A stretch of DNA of 64,000 nt from Octopus bimaculoides (lineage: Eukaryota), in assembly GCF_001194135.2 (NCBI RefSeq), contig NC_068981.1, positions 28,950,890 to 29,014,889 on the forward strand. Direction: 5' to 3'. This document shows, piece by piece, positions 38,985 to 54,345 of the stretch (positions are counted from its first letter, which is position 1; the number at the start of each line of letters is the position of its first letter). The translations under genes were made by a program, and so were the position numbers. The notes beneath the pieces were generated by a model that saw only the letters and a program-made list of their open reading frames with translations, had not been told where the DNA came from and searched no databases.

Positions 38985-39294
38985 CTTAATAATGAAATGT
39001 TTTATTATTTAATTATTAGAAGCAGGTGGGTTTTGTTTTCCGAAACATATAGTTTCCGAAACTAAAGCATAATAATGACAATTACATGTAAAACTTAGCC
39101 GTGATTTATATACTTTAAGTGAGATCTTTTTTTAATTTTTGTGTGACAATGAAATTTACTACCAACGCATTTTGTATAACTCATATCCTGTTGCAATTTA
39201 TTTTAGATGGTGAGGTAATTTATACTGAATATTCTGACATCACTTTGTGATATTGTTTCTTTTCTGTTTCACACACATACCCATACATACATAC

Positions 39295-39331
<37 letters not shown>

Positions 39332-39724
39332 NNNNNNNNNNNNNNNNNNNNNNNNNNNNNNNNNNNNNNNNNNNNNNNNNNNNNNNNNNNNNNNNNNNNN
39401 NNNNNNNNNNNNNNNNNNNNNNNNNNNNNNNNNNNNNNNNNNNNNNNNNNNNNNNNNNNNNNNNNNNNNNNNNNNNNNNNNNNNNNNNNNNNNNNNNNNN
39501 NNNNNNNNNNNNNNNNNNNNNNNNNNNNNNNNNNNNNNNNNNNNNNNNNNNNNNNNNNNNNNNNNNNNNNNNNNNNNNNNNNNNNNNNNNNNNNNNNNNN
39601 NNNNNNNNNNNNNNNNNNNNNNNNNNNNNNNNNNNNNNNNNNNNNNNNNNNNNNNNNNNNNNNNNNNNNNNNNNNNNNACTATATAAACAAGTCAACGAT
39701 ATATGTGTGTGTGTGTGTGTGTGT

Positions 39725-40300
39725 AGGAAATGGTATTCTACAGGGCACTGTCTTAGGGCCATTGCTATTCATAATGGCCCTCTCACACATGCCCTCAGTT
39801 TCTTCGATAGCTCCCCTTGCTAGTTATGCAGTTCACACAAACGTCTCGACAATACAAAATCCTGGAAATATTGCACATCTGCAACGGGAGTTGGATGCAA
39901 TATACAGATGGTCTGAGGACAACAATATGCAGTTTAATGCAGGAAAATTCCACGCCCTAGGCCACCAGTACACAAAGCTCTGTCCCAGGAGGAACTAAAA
40001 CCTCTTAATCAAAATTAGTGCGTGACCTGGGCATTGACATGAGTAATGATGCATCTTTTCATGTGCATATTACAAATCTGGTTGGCTGCATGGATCTGCA
40101 TGGATCTGTCGAACTTTCAAAGCAGGAGAAAAGAAGACATTGATGATCCTTGGAAGACATACGTCCTCAGCTGCTTAGACTACTGCTCCCAACTATGGTC
40201 ACCACACATTATCAAATCCACGGAGGAACTCGAAGCTATCCAACGAAGTTACACTAAGAAAATCATCTCGATGCGACGTATCAGCCACTGGGAAAGACAT
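39725..40300 (+). pseudogene. CR1/L2-group LINE reverse transcriptase fragment
   Basis: GILQGTVLGPLLFI...SYA(DD lost)...LQRELDAIYRWSEDNNMQFNAGKF...LDYCSQLWSP...LEAIQRSYTKKI. Confidence 0.85.
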
Positions 40301-40324
40301 TTGCATTCTATCTATCTATCTATC

Positions 40325-40436
<112 letters not shown>

Positions 40437-41904
40437 GTGTGTGTGTGTATATATGTATATATATGCAGAGAGAGAGAAGGAAATAGGAACGAGACACAGG
40501 AAGAGATAGATAGATAGATATAAATATATATCTATATGATAATATAGAACGCAGAACATAATCAGAAATATACAAGTAAAGGCACCTATAGTAATTACTT
40601 CAAAAATTACATTAAAATAATGAAAACAGGAAAACAAATTATAGATGTTAAGAAATAATGAAAGAAAGTAAAAGGGGAAAATAACAAAGAAAGGAAGAAA
40701 GCGGAAAGGAAATAAGTGAGACGTCTGCTGATTAAGAATGAATATCTCGGATTTTATTTCTAGCTGATCATCAGTGTCAATAACTAGAGGAAATCTAACA
40801 GATAAGGACACGGTCTCTATTTATTATTATTGTTTATTTTGTGATATCTGAGACTATATTTTATTAGGCAGAAGTATAAAATTATACACAATTTTAAAGG
40901 TATCGGGTCATATAACTGGTGAGCAAGTAAATATAGTATAGCAGTCGAAAGGATAAGAATTCTTATGACTTGCCGTGTGTCCACAGGAAATATAGGTTTA
41001 ATTTATTGAAGTTATACATATAAAATTATTTCCAAGGAATTTTTATGCATAATTCCGAAAAGTCAAACTTCAATACTTGACAATGGCTCCTCTGATTATA
41101 GCAATACAGCAATATTCGTGAGATCGAATTTAGATGAAACAATTGTCAATTGTTGCAATAAAAGAACTTACTCAATCCATTCTCCTTGTCTATAATTGTA
41201 TCTATATCTATATCTATATTTCTACCTATCTTTTTTATCTATCGATTTACCAGTGTGTGTGTGTGTGTGTCTGTGTCTGTGTGTATTGTGTCGGCAATAT
41301 TTGAATTTGTAGGCCTTTCTTTTACTTCTTTATCCTATGCTACAATGGTCTGCTACGCTACGTCTTTACGCTACAGTGGCCTCAAGCCTTATTTGGGAAA
41401 AAAAATCGAAATATAACAAGAAAAACAGACAAAATTAAATATCAAAATGTGTTTAGATTTGCAATTCAATGTCACCGGTAGCTTTGTTATGTCTACCATA
41501 CAGGTTTCTTTGAGTGTCTTGAAAAGACAGCAAAGCAGCAAAATCAGAATGAATACCATTCAGCAATTAGATCCGTCCTAGTATACACTGACCTTAAATT
41601 TCTATGAGTTTTACATATACTTTTATCGTTACATGATCGATAAAGTAGTGACATACGTGAACTACGATGGAAGTAGCAAAATGGAATTCAAATGTCTATA
41701 TCCTTTGCCTTAAAATGCTTAGCCTTGTGCCAATACTCTCAGAAATCAATAATTGTTTCTTTTATCTTCGGTAAATAAATATTGGTTTCATTTGATGTGT
41801 TGTCTATAATATTGATTCCTCACATCAATCTCAGCGCGATTTTGAACTCGGTATGCAGAAGGTCGAAACTGAATGTCTTAAAACGCTCAACCAGTGATAA
41901 TTAT

Positions 41905-42130
41905 AACAACAATAACGAGGAGGAGTAGGTGGGGAGGAGGAGGAGGAGAAAATGAAAAGGAGGTGGATAAAGAAAATGAGGAGAAAAAATAACATGGTGG
42001 TTAGTAAGGATGGTGAGGATGATGATAAACAACAATAGCAACAACCACAGCAACAACAACAACAAAAACATCAACAAAAACAATAGAAATACCAAGAACA
42101 AAAGCCATAGCAACAGTAAGAATAACAATA
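41905..42130. repeat. Compound (GGA)/(GAT)/(CAA) low-complexity tract
   Basis: Direct reading. Confidence 0.85.
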
Positions 42131-43396
42131 CAACTATTTACTAAAAGATATTCAAAAGTTTTTAATGTTGAACTAATCATATCGTAGAATACAAAAAATA
42201 AATAAACGAAAAAAAAAAATTCAAGAGAGAATTTAGTGTTTGTGGAGAGAATTGTTATAATAAAACTGATGATTTAGGAAACATTGCTAAAGTTCATATC
42301 AAACAAAACTTTCCACGTTTTGTTTTATTTCTCTTGTATTTTCTTTTGTTTTTATTTAAACAAACTGAACAAATATATGTGTTAAGTTCAGTTAAAACCA
42401 ATATCGAAAACAATGTAAATTTATCGCACCGTAAAATTCAATTATCTTTTCAAATAATTAAATAAAACTTGAACACTATTAACAGTTGTTCACTGAGACA
42501 TTAATATTTTTTCTGATAGAACGTCACCAAGTATCATAGTTATTAGTCACCAATACACATTGAAAACAAAGGCCATTTATAAACGTATATGAGTGATACT
42601 GACTTCGAATTTAAAGGTAAATATGCGTTTGTTGTTAAAAATATGCGACTTTATTTATTGTATTCAGCGATCGCTTTCTCTCTCTTTCTCTTTCGCTCAT
42701 TCTCTGTCTGTTAATATAATCTTATACTTTCTTTCTTTTCCTTTGTCAAACTATTATTTTTATGATGTTCAATTTGATAGTAAACACACAGAACAGAAGA
42801 AAAAAAACATAAATAAATAACTAGTAGTAAAATAATGTTTTAATATCTCTGAATTAAATTAAAGATTTCTTATGCTGAGTTGTAGAAAGTTTAAATTCAC
42901 TGGCAACATATTTTATCTTTCCATAGTGAGTGAAGCTTGAGTTCAAAGACCGATAATGACACACAAACGCGCACACACATAGACACTCATACACACACGT
43001 ATACAAACATTCACAAACATTCACACACGTTTCGCCATGAAGTAGTTTACTCGAACATTTCCAATTAAGTTTTCTCTCTCTCTTTCTATATATATATATA
43101 TATATATCTGGACAGAGAAACATAAATAAAAATATTCATTTAACAATTCGTACTCAGTTCTCTATCAGATAGGTACTCAATTACAACTAATACTTCGTAA
43201 AGTGTATATGTGTGTGAGTGTGTTCTCGGGATTCACTGCTGGGACGACGTTCACACGTTTCCATAGATGTTTTTAACACAATATATCTTAGATAAGTATT
43301 TGTTTGAGACAAAGCCCATAGTATGGATGTGCATACGTTAAGTATGATACACAGATGGCTATATTATATATTTATATAAATATATACACATATATG

Positions 43397-43492
<96 letters not shown>

Positions 43493-44758
43493 GAGAGAGA
43501 GAGAGAGAGAGGGGAGAGACAGAGCTGACATACCACATAAAAACAAAATGAAATAGACTAGACAAGAGGAGACACATGGAACAGAGAGTCGTTGAAGAAG
43601 TCATAGAATACGTGGCGAAAAATTAGCAATAACAATACAATATTGAAGATCGAATAACCAAATAGTGCGTATGTTTGGTTTAATTGGCAAAATATGACAA
43701 TCCCGCATGTATTAGAATATTTGTTTCAACACACGTTTTCACATCAAGAATCATGCAAAACAAATACTTATAAATATAACGAGTATCACTAGGAATCATT
43801 CAAGTTTAATGGTTAAACTAAGTTATGTTTGGATTAGGCGTATCCTCATGTTGCAAGACACGAATGATTACCGGTTAATTTGAGACATAATAAAATTCGA
43901 TAGTTAGAAGAGCAGATGAATATCTGTGTGGTGAGGAATAATTTAGGCGTTCAGTAGGTCAGGTTAATTGCCTTGTATTGTCAATAATTGTCTTCTGAAA
44001 ATAGCATGTCTTTATAATTCAATTACGGGAAAATGAAGTGAATGAGCAAAGTGTGGTTTATACACTCACTCATATATATGTATGCACAAACCCAACTGCA
44101 CGAGCACGCGAGCGATCATAATTACTTACGCCTCTGAATATGATATGCGTATGTAAATATATTCATTTAACACATGTACACCTATCATATAGGCACACTG
44201 TTACGCATACGCATGCATCTGTACATCTATAATTACATTCATGTGATCGTACACAAATGAGTGTATGATAATCTGTATTTCCATCAGTGTTTCCCTAATA
44301 GCGTTTCTGATATGGACAGGTAGTGTAGAATAATAAAAAGACGAGTAAAATTCACAAAGAAAATGCTAATGTAGAAGTGCAAAATAAGTCTAGGAGTGCA
44401 ATAGTGATAGTTCTGTGGGACTGAAAATTTCCAGTTGTATAAAATATATTTGACCACATGCGAACACATGGCGACACTCATCTTGTTTAAGGTTCAGGCA
44501 GTTTTCCATATTCTTCGATCTAAAAGGGTACTCTATATTTTCCTGAATTTTTAAAAACCGCTTATATACTCCAATACATACATAGGACTATTCGAAAATA
44601 TCTATAGATGAAAACAATAAAATGTTATGGGTATAAAATTTCCAATTACTTATCAATTGAAATATTTAAAGAAAAAAGTATATATTTTACTGTTTTCTCC
44701 TCATAGTAATGTTGAAAATTTCTACCTTGCTGCTTTTTTCATTGAAATCGAGAAATTG

Positions 44759-45551
44759 CCGTAAATCCTCGAGTATATTCCGCCTTTTTTTACCCAAAAT
44801 TTAAAGGTCAAAATCCCTAGTGCGTACTATATACGAGGTTAAAAATGAAAAATATTTTTTAAGCAATGTCCGAACTTCTATTTGCTGTCCGGCAATGTTT
44901 ATTCAGACGCATTTTTTTATGTCGGGCGCGAAAATACCTTAAGCTAAGCCTAAAAGCAATGAAGTCATAAAAGAATCATCCATAACTTGCAGTAAGCAAC
45001 ATTTATTAAAATAAAAGTTTTGTATATCGTCTGCACTGGATGGTACTCAGGATGACGTTGTATGGAAAGATGAAATATATGAAAGTGAATCTTCTGATAT
45101 TGACTATGAATCTGACGATGACGGAAATTTACACTACAATGATGCTGACATGTTTACGGAGGAACAAATGGAACAGTTATCTGATGCTGAAAGTGACGTT
45201 GAATTTGAAGGATTTGAGTAAATGCTTTTGCTTTTGTAACTGATAATGATAAATATTTGAAGGCAATTTACTTGATATTTATTTTTCACTGACGTTATTG
45301 CTGTTATTTCTTTATTTTCTGCAAAGTGCACAAAAAAAGCAACATGTTTGCATTGTTATATATAAAATAATAATAAATGACATTACCGTATATATGTTTA
45401 CAAACCAGTGGGCGTTATATAGACCTCCTTGACTCAAGTTAGAGAAGGGGTGCGTATTATACACAAGGTTTAGGTTTTTCAGAGGTACACCCCCCCCTAA
45501 AAATCCGATGCGTATTATACTCAAGGGCGGACTATACTCGAGGATTTACGG
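44759..45551 (+). mobile_element. pogo/Tc2-like DNA transposon deletion derivative
   Basis: TIRs CCGTAAATCCTCGAGTATA(T/G)TCCGCC at both ends; acidic C-terminal remnant SALDGTQDDVVW...SDVEFEGFE*; subterminal GCGTAYTATA repeats. Confidence 0.82.
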
Positions 45552-46524
45552 TTAAGTGCAAAAATACTAGAATTACACAGGGCTCCCCATAAAAACTACT
45601 TTCATTCGAATAAAAATATGTGGATAAGCTTCTGCTTGCCCACTTTTTATCTATAAAATATCATCTTACTCTCGTTTTTCAACCGATTATCAATTTAGAC
45701 TTGTCAGAAACTCTCTTGAACACTTTTTTAGAACTAATTATTACGGTTCTTTTTTTGGAGCCATCTTGAATAGAGTAAAATTATAAATTCGCTTCAAAAG
45801 ATTTATAAGAAAAGGATTTCTTGCATATATATTCACAATACGTTTTGGTGTATTCTAACGTGAATATGCTATTGGCTGTTGTACTCGTCACATGAGAACA
45901 GCTTCTTTACGCCGAATTTTTGTTCATGACACACTCGACTCCCTAGTAGAAGGGATCCTGGGACGCTGGTATATTAGTTTGGACTTTTTTTTAAGCTTCT
46001 CCTTTGAACTGGATTTGAATACTACTTCTATCTCATCAAGATACTGCATTGCGACTATCTCTTCTAGTTGTTTAAGTAATATTATGGCTGACTGCGATCA
46101 TTCCAAACATATCATCATTTGTCATTTATGCATGAAGAAATCTGTTTTAGTCTTCTTAATCTTATATTCAAATATTTTGCATTTGTGTTTTGCATGGGTA
46201 TGTAATTGAGTGTTTTCTGTTAAATTAATGCATTCTTCTTCTTTCTTTATTTTAAACGGGCTTTTATAAACCAACAAATGACAAACGATTAGAACTAATG
46301 CATGATTAGATGTTTCACTAGAGCTGAATCAATTTGCATACAATAATATACTTAACTTGAGAGTTTCAAAATTCGCTTTAAAAAATCGACAAAAATCCAG
46401 TCCCTATCACAAATGTTGAACAATTCGATTCAGTAATTATTCTTTAAATCTTATTCTCTCGATCAATATACATACATATAAATACTTACATACACACACA
46501 CTCATATATATATATATGTTCTTT

Positions 46525-46729
46525 CTCTTTCATTTGTTTCAGTCATTTGACTGCGGCCATGCTGGAGCACCGCGTTTAGTCGATCAAATCGACCCCAGTA
46601 CTTATTCTTTGTAAGCCTAATACTTTTTCTATCGGTCTGAGGCTATAGTAGAAAGCACTTGCCTAAGGTGCCACGTAGTGGGACTGAACCCAGAATCATA
46701 TGGTTGGTAAGCAAGCTACTTACAACACA
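46525..46729 (-). mobile_element. SINE family A with internal deletion fusing tail and head
   Basis: ...TTCTATCGGTC|TGAGGCTATAGTAG...: central microsatellite and adjacent blocks are absent. Confidence 0.75.
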
Positions 46730-47642
46730 NNNNNNNNNNNNNNNNNNNNNNNNNNNNNNNNNNNNNNNNNNNNNNNNNNNNNNNNNNNNNNNNNNNNNNN
46801 NNNNNNNNNNNNNNNNNNNNNNNNNNNNNNNNNNNNNNNNNNNNNNNNNNNNNNNNNNNNNNNNNNNNNNNNNNNNNNNNNNNNNNNNNNNNNNNNNNNN
46901 NNNNNNNNNNNNNNNNNNNNNNNNNNNNNNNNNNNNNNNNNNNNNNNNNNNNNNNNNNNNNNNNNNNNNNNNNNNNNNNNNNNNNNNNNNNNNNNNNNNN
47001 NNNNNNNNNNNNNNNNNNNNNNNNNNNNNNNNNNNNNNNNNNNNNNNNNNNNNNNNNNNNNNNNNNNNNNNNNNNNNNNNNNNNNNNNNNNNNNNNNNNN
47101 NNNNNNNNNNNNNNNNNNNNNNNNNNNNNNNNNNNNNNNNNNNNNNNNNNNNNNNNNNNNNNNNNNNNNNNNNNNNNNNNNNNNNNNNNNNNNNNNNNNN
47201 NNNNNNNNNNNNNNNNNNNNNNNNNNNNNNNNNNNNNNNNNNNNNNNNNNNNNNNNNNNNNNNNNNNNNNNNNNNNNNNNNNNNNNNNNNNNNNNNNNNN
47301 NNNNNNNNNNNNNNNNNNNNNNNNNNNNNNNNNNNNNNNNNNNNNNNNNNNNNNNNNNNNNNNNNNNNNNNNNNNNNNNNNNNNNNNNNNNNNNNNNNNN
47401 NNNNNNNNNNNNNNNNNNNNNNNNNNNNNNNNNNNNNNNNNNNNNNNNNNNNNNNNNNNAGGTAGGTATATGTACGCATTTGTCGACCCGTGGCTACAGT
47501 AGAAACACGTTCTCAATGCGTTGCGCTGTGGGTATGAACCCGTTACCAGGTGTTTGCAGAATGAACTTCTTAATCAAACTGAAATTCCTTTGTTATGACT
47601 TTACACTTATTCTACCAGAATTATGTCAATATTATTGAATAA

Positions 47643-47857
47643 AAGGGTGGCGATCTGGCAGAATCGTTAGCACGCCGGGTGAAATGCATAGCGGTATTTC
47701 GTCTGCCACTGCGTTCTAAGTTCAAATTCCGCCGAGGTCGATTTTGCCTTTCATCCTTTCGGGGTCGATAAATTGAGTACCAGTTACGTACTGGGGTCGA
47801 TCTAATAGACTGGCCCCTTCCCCAAAAATGTCAGGCCTTGTGCGTAGACTAGAAAAG
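47643..47857 (+). mobile_element. SINE family B with probable TSD
   Basis: AATATTATTG at 47628-47637 and 47858-47867, extendable with mismatches to ~17 bp. Confidence 0.88.
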
Positions 47858-48457
47858 AATATTATTGCGTAAAACGCATAAATCACTCGAATTTACAACA
47901 AAGTGACACAGTTATAATATAATTGTGCATTTCATATCAATATTTTAATGAAAAAACAGAAATTATAAGGACTGAATTTTCAATAACAAGTCAATAATAT
48001 CATAAACGATATATCTATAAAATAATGACTCTTCCCAGACACAACAGAATATGAAATATAATTTTACTCTCATTCTATTTAGAAGAACTATCGCTTTCGA
48101 CAAGATAAGAGTTGTTAAATCAAAAGGTTTGATTCCTTATATTTTGCGCGTGGAAATTAAAACAAATGTAGGGCACATAAAAAATTATCTTTGTACAAAG
48201 AAATTCTAGTATTTTCACTGAGTACTATATACAAGAATATCAGAAGTCTTGTTTGATAGATGGAAAGTGGTGATTTGGTTTCTGTTAAATGGGTAGCAAT
48301 AATAAACGAAATGGCAGAAAAATAGTTGATTCAACATCGTCTTCCCTTTAATATAATTGTAACTTCATGACAGAAGATAAAGAAATTCTGAGAACAAAAC
48401 AGAAACGGGCGATTGTTGTTATAACGTATACACACACACATTTAGACAAACATATAT

Positions 48458-48551
<94 letters not shown>

Positions 48552-48892
48552 ATGTATGTATGTATGTATGTATGTATGTATCAATGTATATGTGCATGTA
48601 TGTATATATACTTACATATGAATATATGTATACCGTATTTCTTCATTTATATTCCTTCAGTGTTGTTTTTATTGTTCATTGCATTTACACTATATGTGTG
48701 TGCGTGTGTGTGTGCTTGCACTGTGTGCGTAGATATATATATATACCTAGACATATATACACATATATTCGTGTATTTATTTATTTTGATGTTTTCTATA
48801 TGTCTAAATATTTACATATACGTAACTGTATGTGCCATTCTCTCATCCTTTCTCTCTTTCTCTCTCACTATCTCTCTCTCTCTATCCATATA

Positions 48893-48929
<37 letters not shown>

Positions 48930-48948
48930 GTGAATATATGTATGTATA

Positions 48949-48979
<31 letters not shown>

Positions 48980-49729
48980 GGAGGGAGTCTTTCTTTGTGA
49001 GTGTGTATTTTCATTAATATGAATATGTCTATGTGCACGTGTGTATGTGTGTGTGTGTAGATGTGTATTCTTACACAAACTCACATCAATAAGCAACTTC
49101 TAGTAAGATTTACAACGGTAGATATGTTTATTTTAGTTGACTCTGGTAATATATTAGTTAGTTCTGGTTGCCTTTGTGGTAAAAGAAAAGATTTATCTTA
49201 GTTGTCCTTTCTTTTTCCATAGATATACGATCCTGTAGATTTAGAGAATAGTCGATCTTTCAGATTTGATTATTTTTTGTAGATTATTTTTACTTATTCA
49301 CTTTAAGCGGGAGGGCGAAAATTCTGTGTTTGTGTTTCAAATCTCCACTTATTAGGAACTTTGATTCTTCAAGCTCTTTGTGTGGTCTTGTATGTATATA
49401 TATTGCTATTCGTTAAATTCAAGAGGCTCTATTACACTTATCAGTGTAATCAAACCTTAAAAAACTCTCTTATTTAATTAATCTAGTTATCGGGGATAAT
49501 TATCTCCCGAAAGCCAAAACAAAAGCACCTATATTAATAATAGTTCATTTCAAAATGCATAAAGTAAAAATTCAAATATTAATGCTAATACAAAAACTCA
49601 AATATATCTAAATTTAATCATTGTTTCTATTATTTGTTGAAGTTATGAATCTTCATTTTACTCATTAACACGGTATTTCACAATCTTCTTTATCTTTTGA
49701 GTTCATATATGTGTGTGTGTATGTGTGTG

Positions 49730-49773
<44 letters not shown>

Positions 49774-49896
49774 NNNNNNNNNNNNNNNNNNNNNNNNNNN
49801 NNNNNNNNNNNNNNNNNNNNNNNNNNNNNNNNNNNNNNNNNNNNNNNNNNNNNNNNNNNNNNNNNNNNNNNNNNNNNNNNNNNNNNNNNNNTAATA

Positions 49897-49931
<35 letters not shown>

Positions 49932-49934
49932 AAT

Positions 49935-50203
49935 AACCCTTTCTACTATACGCACAAGGCTTGAAATTTTGAGGAAGGGGACCTAGTCGATTACATCGAT
50001 TCCAGTATTCAACTGGTACTAAATATATCGACCCAGAAAGGATGAAAGCCAAAGTCAACCTCGGTGGAATTTCAAATCAGAGCGAAGCGATGAGCGAAGC
50101 GATGAGCGANNNNNNNNNNAGCGAAGCGATGAGCGAAGCGATGAGCGAAATGCCACCAAGCATTTCATCCAGCGTGCTAACGATTCTGCAACATCGCCAC
50201 CTT
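49935..50203 (-). mobile_element. SINE family B with an internal (GAGCGAAGCGAT)n expansion, embedded in (TAA)n
   Basis: Family B blocks interrupted at ~50080-50148 by 12-mer repeats. Confidence 0.8.
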
Positions 50204-50395
50204 AATAATAATAATAATGATAATAATAATAATAATATATTCTTTAACTTCACCAGGATCGATATTATGATTATGCACACGATTCATCAGCATCATTATC
50301 ATTATCATCACATGATTGTGATTTTCTTTGTTTTCATCAGCATCATCATCAGTATTACCAGCAATGTGTTGAACATATGTGCATGAATATTATCG

Positions 50396-50435
<40 letters not shown>

Positions 50436-50436
50436 G

Positions 50437-50467
<31 letters not shown>

Positions 50468-50469
<2 letters not shown>

Positions 50470-50640
50470 AGGCGGCGAGCTGGCAGAATCGTGGGCACGG
50501 AATGCTTAGCGGTATTTCGCCCGTCCCCACATTCTGAGTTCAAATTCCGTCGAGGTCGTCTTTGCCTTTCATCCTTCCGGTGTTGATGAATTAAGTGCCA
50601 GTGAAACACTGATGCCGATGTATTCGACTTAATCCCCTCG
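50468..50640 (+). mobile_element. SINE family B, 3'-short copy
   Basis: AAGGCGGCGAGCTGGCAGAATCG head and central motif. Confidence 0.85.
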
Positions 50641-51199
50641 AAATCATTATTATTATTATCCTTATTTTCATTAGCATCTTCTTTCAATTTTGTTTCCATC
50701 TCTTGCCAAGCGTCTTCCTGATACCTAGGACAGAGAAATGTACCGTATTCTTCTTCTTCTTCTTCTTATTATTATTAATATTATTATTATTATTATCATC
50801 ATCATTATTATTATTATTATTATTATTATAAATAATAAAGACAAATACTCATTTTTAGGCCAATGATATGATAGATTTCAAATGGAATCAGATAACATGT
50901 GTCTGCTTTTCACTCCGTTCATTTACGTCCTGAGTTGAAATACTTTTATGATTGATTTTGTTTTTCCATTTTAAGTGATACAATGAATGCATGTATTGCC
51001 AAAGAGGGCTCTAATCGGCTTTAACTTCCATATGTTAAAACATTGATAGGACAATAATCGAATTAATTCATGTCAAATTCATTCAAAAACATTGAATCAA
51101 TACACATTTTATTGTATCATTCGGAAAAGAGTTGAGAATTAATGGTTACTAAAATTGTATGCGAACAGAACTACTCAAACATTATTTTTCAGGAACCAC

Positions 51200-53450
51200 A
51201 AATAAAATAAAACAGACAGAAATGTATACCAGAGGGATACATTTCCAAGGTTCGTAAATAGTTTATGGCCATAGATATGCTAAGCATAAACGGGTACATA
51301 TCTGAAGCCATGTAGATATCAAGTATAGAAATGCAGTGTTAAAAAGAAAGAATACATCTTTTGAATAGAAACAACGAAAGTCAAATGGTTAAAGATATAA
51401 GCACTAAGAAAATAAATTAAAAAGGTAGACTGAGCGCAGGAAGTTCAAATATGAAATGACAAAACTCTTAATATCCTACCGTACTGAGAGATTATCTCCC
51501 CCAAAAATGCGAATTTAGAAATACACCAGCGAGAATATGAACATGTTTGTGTATGACATAGATTTAAGGGTACAAAAATACCAAGTTTAACGGTTTGAAA
51601 ATTCCGCTAATCTGAAGAGAAAATAGTTAAAAATTATAAATCAAAATGTCTTCCTTCAGACGAACGAAAGATAAAATAGCAAAAGCGGCAAAAAGAAACA
51701 CAAGGAGAAAGAAGCACGCAATCGCTAATGGAAACATGAAGATACAAACATGAACATCGCAAGGAAATAGAAATCAACTTAACTACGTAACCACGGTAGT
51801 CAAATAAATACAAAGAAATGTAAGTAGTTCCACGAAATTTCTCACATAGCAACATTTTAATAAAAGTAAGCAACCTTGAAAAACAACATGAAGATAAAGA
51901 TAGAGAACAAAGAAGGTTTCAATCTTTGATGAGATTGTCATGAAAAAAGACAAATGAAAAGAGATAAATACTCAATAAATATGAAATCACAAAAAGTGCC
52001 CAAAATCAAAGAATGTTTTAATCAGGAGATCCCAATATACCACGAGGAATCTGTCAATATATCCCCTCAATACTTTGAACAAAGCAAACAGTTCGTCTGC
52101 AATCCAAAACGATTTTACAAAGAACTAACCAAAATGAAAGTATACTGTACAAACTCTCAAACACGGAATATAATTTAGTGATAAATGTATGAAACAGATA
52201 GAACGTCCCGAAGAAATGTACTAAGCACAAGAAACACTGTACCAGAATAATTCTTTGAAAAAATAACAACTTTAGAATAAGCGTAGATTCTATCAAACGG
52301 AAAAAGACTGCAAATCACCGGAAAATAAAGTGCTAAATTATTAAAATATGGGCCAGAAACTCTTTTCAAGAATATCCACGATTTATGTAAATAGCCGAAA
52401 ACTACACTGAAATGGCTCAAACAAAGCAAAGCTATCTTAATCTAATAGATTAATAATAGAAAATTTTAGATATGTTTTCTAACCTATGATAATATACAAT
52501 CACACTGACAACAATCTTAATAAAAAACATGAGTGTTCATAAAATATTGCCAACACATAACATACTGCCAACATAGTAGAACATTGCAAACACCAAATAC
52601 TTATCAACTCAATCATGGCAGAAAAACGATGGCGGGTGATTAAAAGGGGAAATGTTATTCATAGTAGTTCATGAGACTTAATTAGGTTCCGTCAATGGCT
52701 CGCTTTCCACAGACTTCGTTACACAGAGATGGATTCAGGATAAGTGCAATCAATATAAGTAGAGAACTTCGAGAAGAACCCCATTGGACAGAAAATTCGC
52801 AGAAATCAGACTAGTGACCACTTCAAGTGAGAAAGGGCTAGGTCAATTATAAATAGCAATCAGTTAGGAAGCTTAGAAAGAAAACTAGTTAGATCTTTTA
52901 TTTATGATGCAGAACAGAGAAAATAGCAATTTCCATATAAAGTTACTAGGCGTGTTGGACGAAAAGCTTTTGATATGACTGAGAATAGTTCTTGACCACT
53001 GCATTGACTCTATGTAAGCAAGAGCTAGATCTCAGACGCAACAATATATAAACCATTTGCTGGGACCAAGTAAATTGTTTATAAACAATCTCAGGCAGTA
53101 TGTTTTATATCTGTGTATGTATATGCGCACGTTTGTATGTCCACTAAAACGTAAAAAGATAACCGAAAAAAGATATGGTAGCTTACCTGCAATACTTAAA
53201 CTTTAACACATTAGAATAAACCTAAATTTGAAATTATACAGGACAACAATCTGTTTTCAAAGGCATGGCAAGCTATAGAGTGAGTCTAGACGAGTGAGTG
53301 CCTAACGGAGATAGGAACTCACTTAGATTGTTCTCGATGGGTTTCACGGGAGCATTCGGGGAATATACTGACAAATGATGAAAGCAGCAACTTACTGAAA
53401 TGATGCCTTACTCCACACCTGAATCCAACAAAACTAACGCCTGATTGTTG
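51200..53450 (+). pseudogene. Highly degenerate R4/Dong-like LINE (N-terminal region plus RT)
   Basis: Ordered motifs with stops and frameshifts: INGYISE, KQFVCNPKRFYKEL, WLKQSKAILI, NFR...IY, (K)LLGV. Confidence 0.6.
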
Positions 53451-54291
53451 TATTCATACTAAACAAAATTGTCATATGAACATTCCTATCAATAGGAGAG
53501 AGACAAATGTTCCTTTAAACGGTGAATATTACGTTAAAAATGACAAACATTACATGTACAGCCTGCTCCGCACTTGCACATACTTCTCCCAAAGGCATGT
53601 TTTAATACTCCATACATCTCTATGATGCAATTATATATAATTAATTCCTTAACCAGTTTATTAACGTCAAAATATATTCGAAAGTGTGCAGTAATCTTTG
53701 ATAATAATCAGCTCCATTTTTAAGTATTTATAATGTACCGAGCCCGGCCTCGTCTAGCCTAGAAGCCGTACCATAACAGGTCTCACTGACCGGCTTGTGC
53801 TGTGATCTCTCCTTTCTAAGTGTCCCATGGAAAGTAGAAGCAACTAAGACTATGATATGTGTGTGTTTGTGTGTATGAGAGAAAGTTGTGGTTTTTAAAA
53901 TGAGAAATAACAAGAAACATTGATGGAAGAAACAAATCTGGAGATAAGAGGCAAATTTATTGCGTCACGTTAGAAAGGTCATAAAGAATAAACTGTATTT
54001 GGCTAGTAAATATATGGACTTCTATTCAGAAAAAAAGATACCATGCTGTGAATGGAAAAAAATGCACGACGCAGGAGAGCTGTCAAAATTTTCTAAAATG
54101 TTTCGTTACGACGTGACGTAGAAAGCTGTCGGAATAACCTGACACAAGAAAACTGAAATATGTTTTTGATATGTGTGTATCGTGTAAAGTACGAAGTTGT
54201 TCAAATCTCATTTATTAGTACAAAACTTAGGACGCGGAAAGTGATCGCAAATACAGATCGGAATCGTACGTACATACATACATACATACAT

Positions 54292-54345
<54 letters not shown>

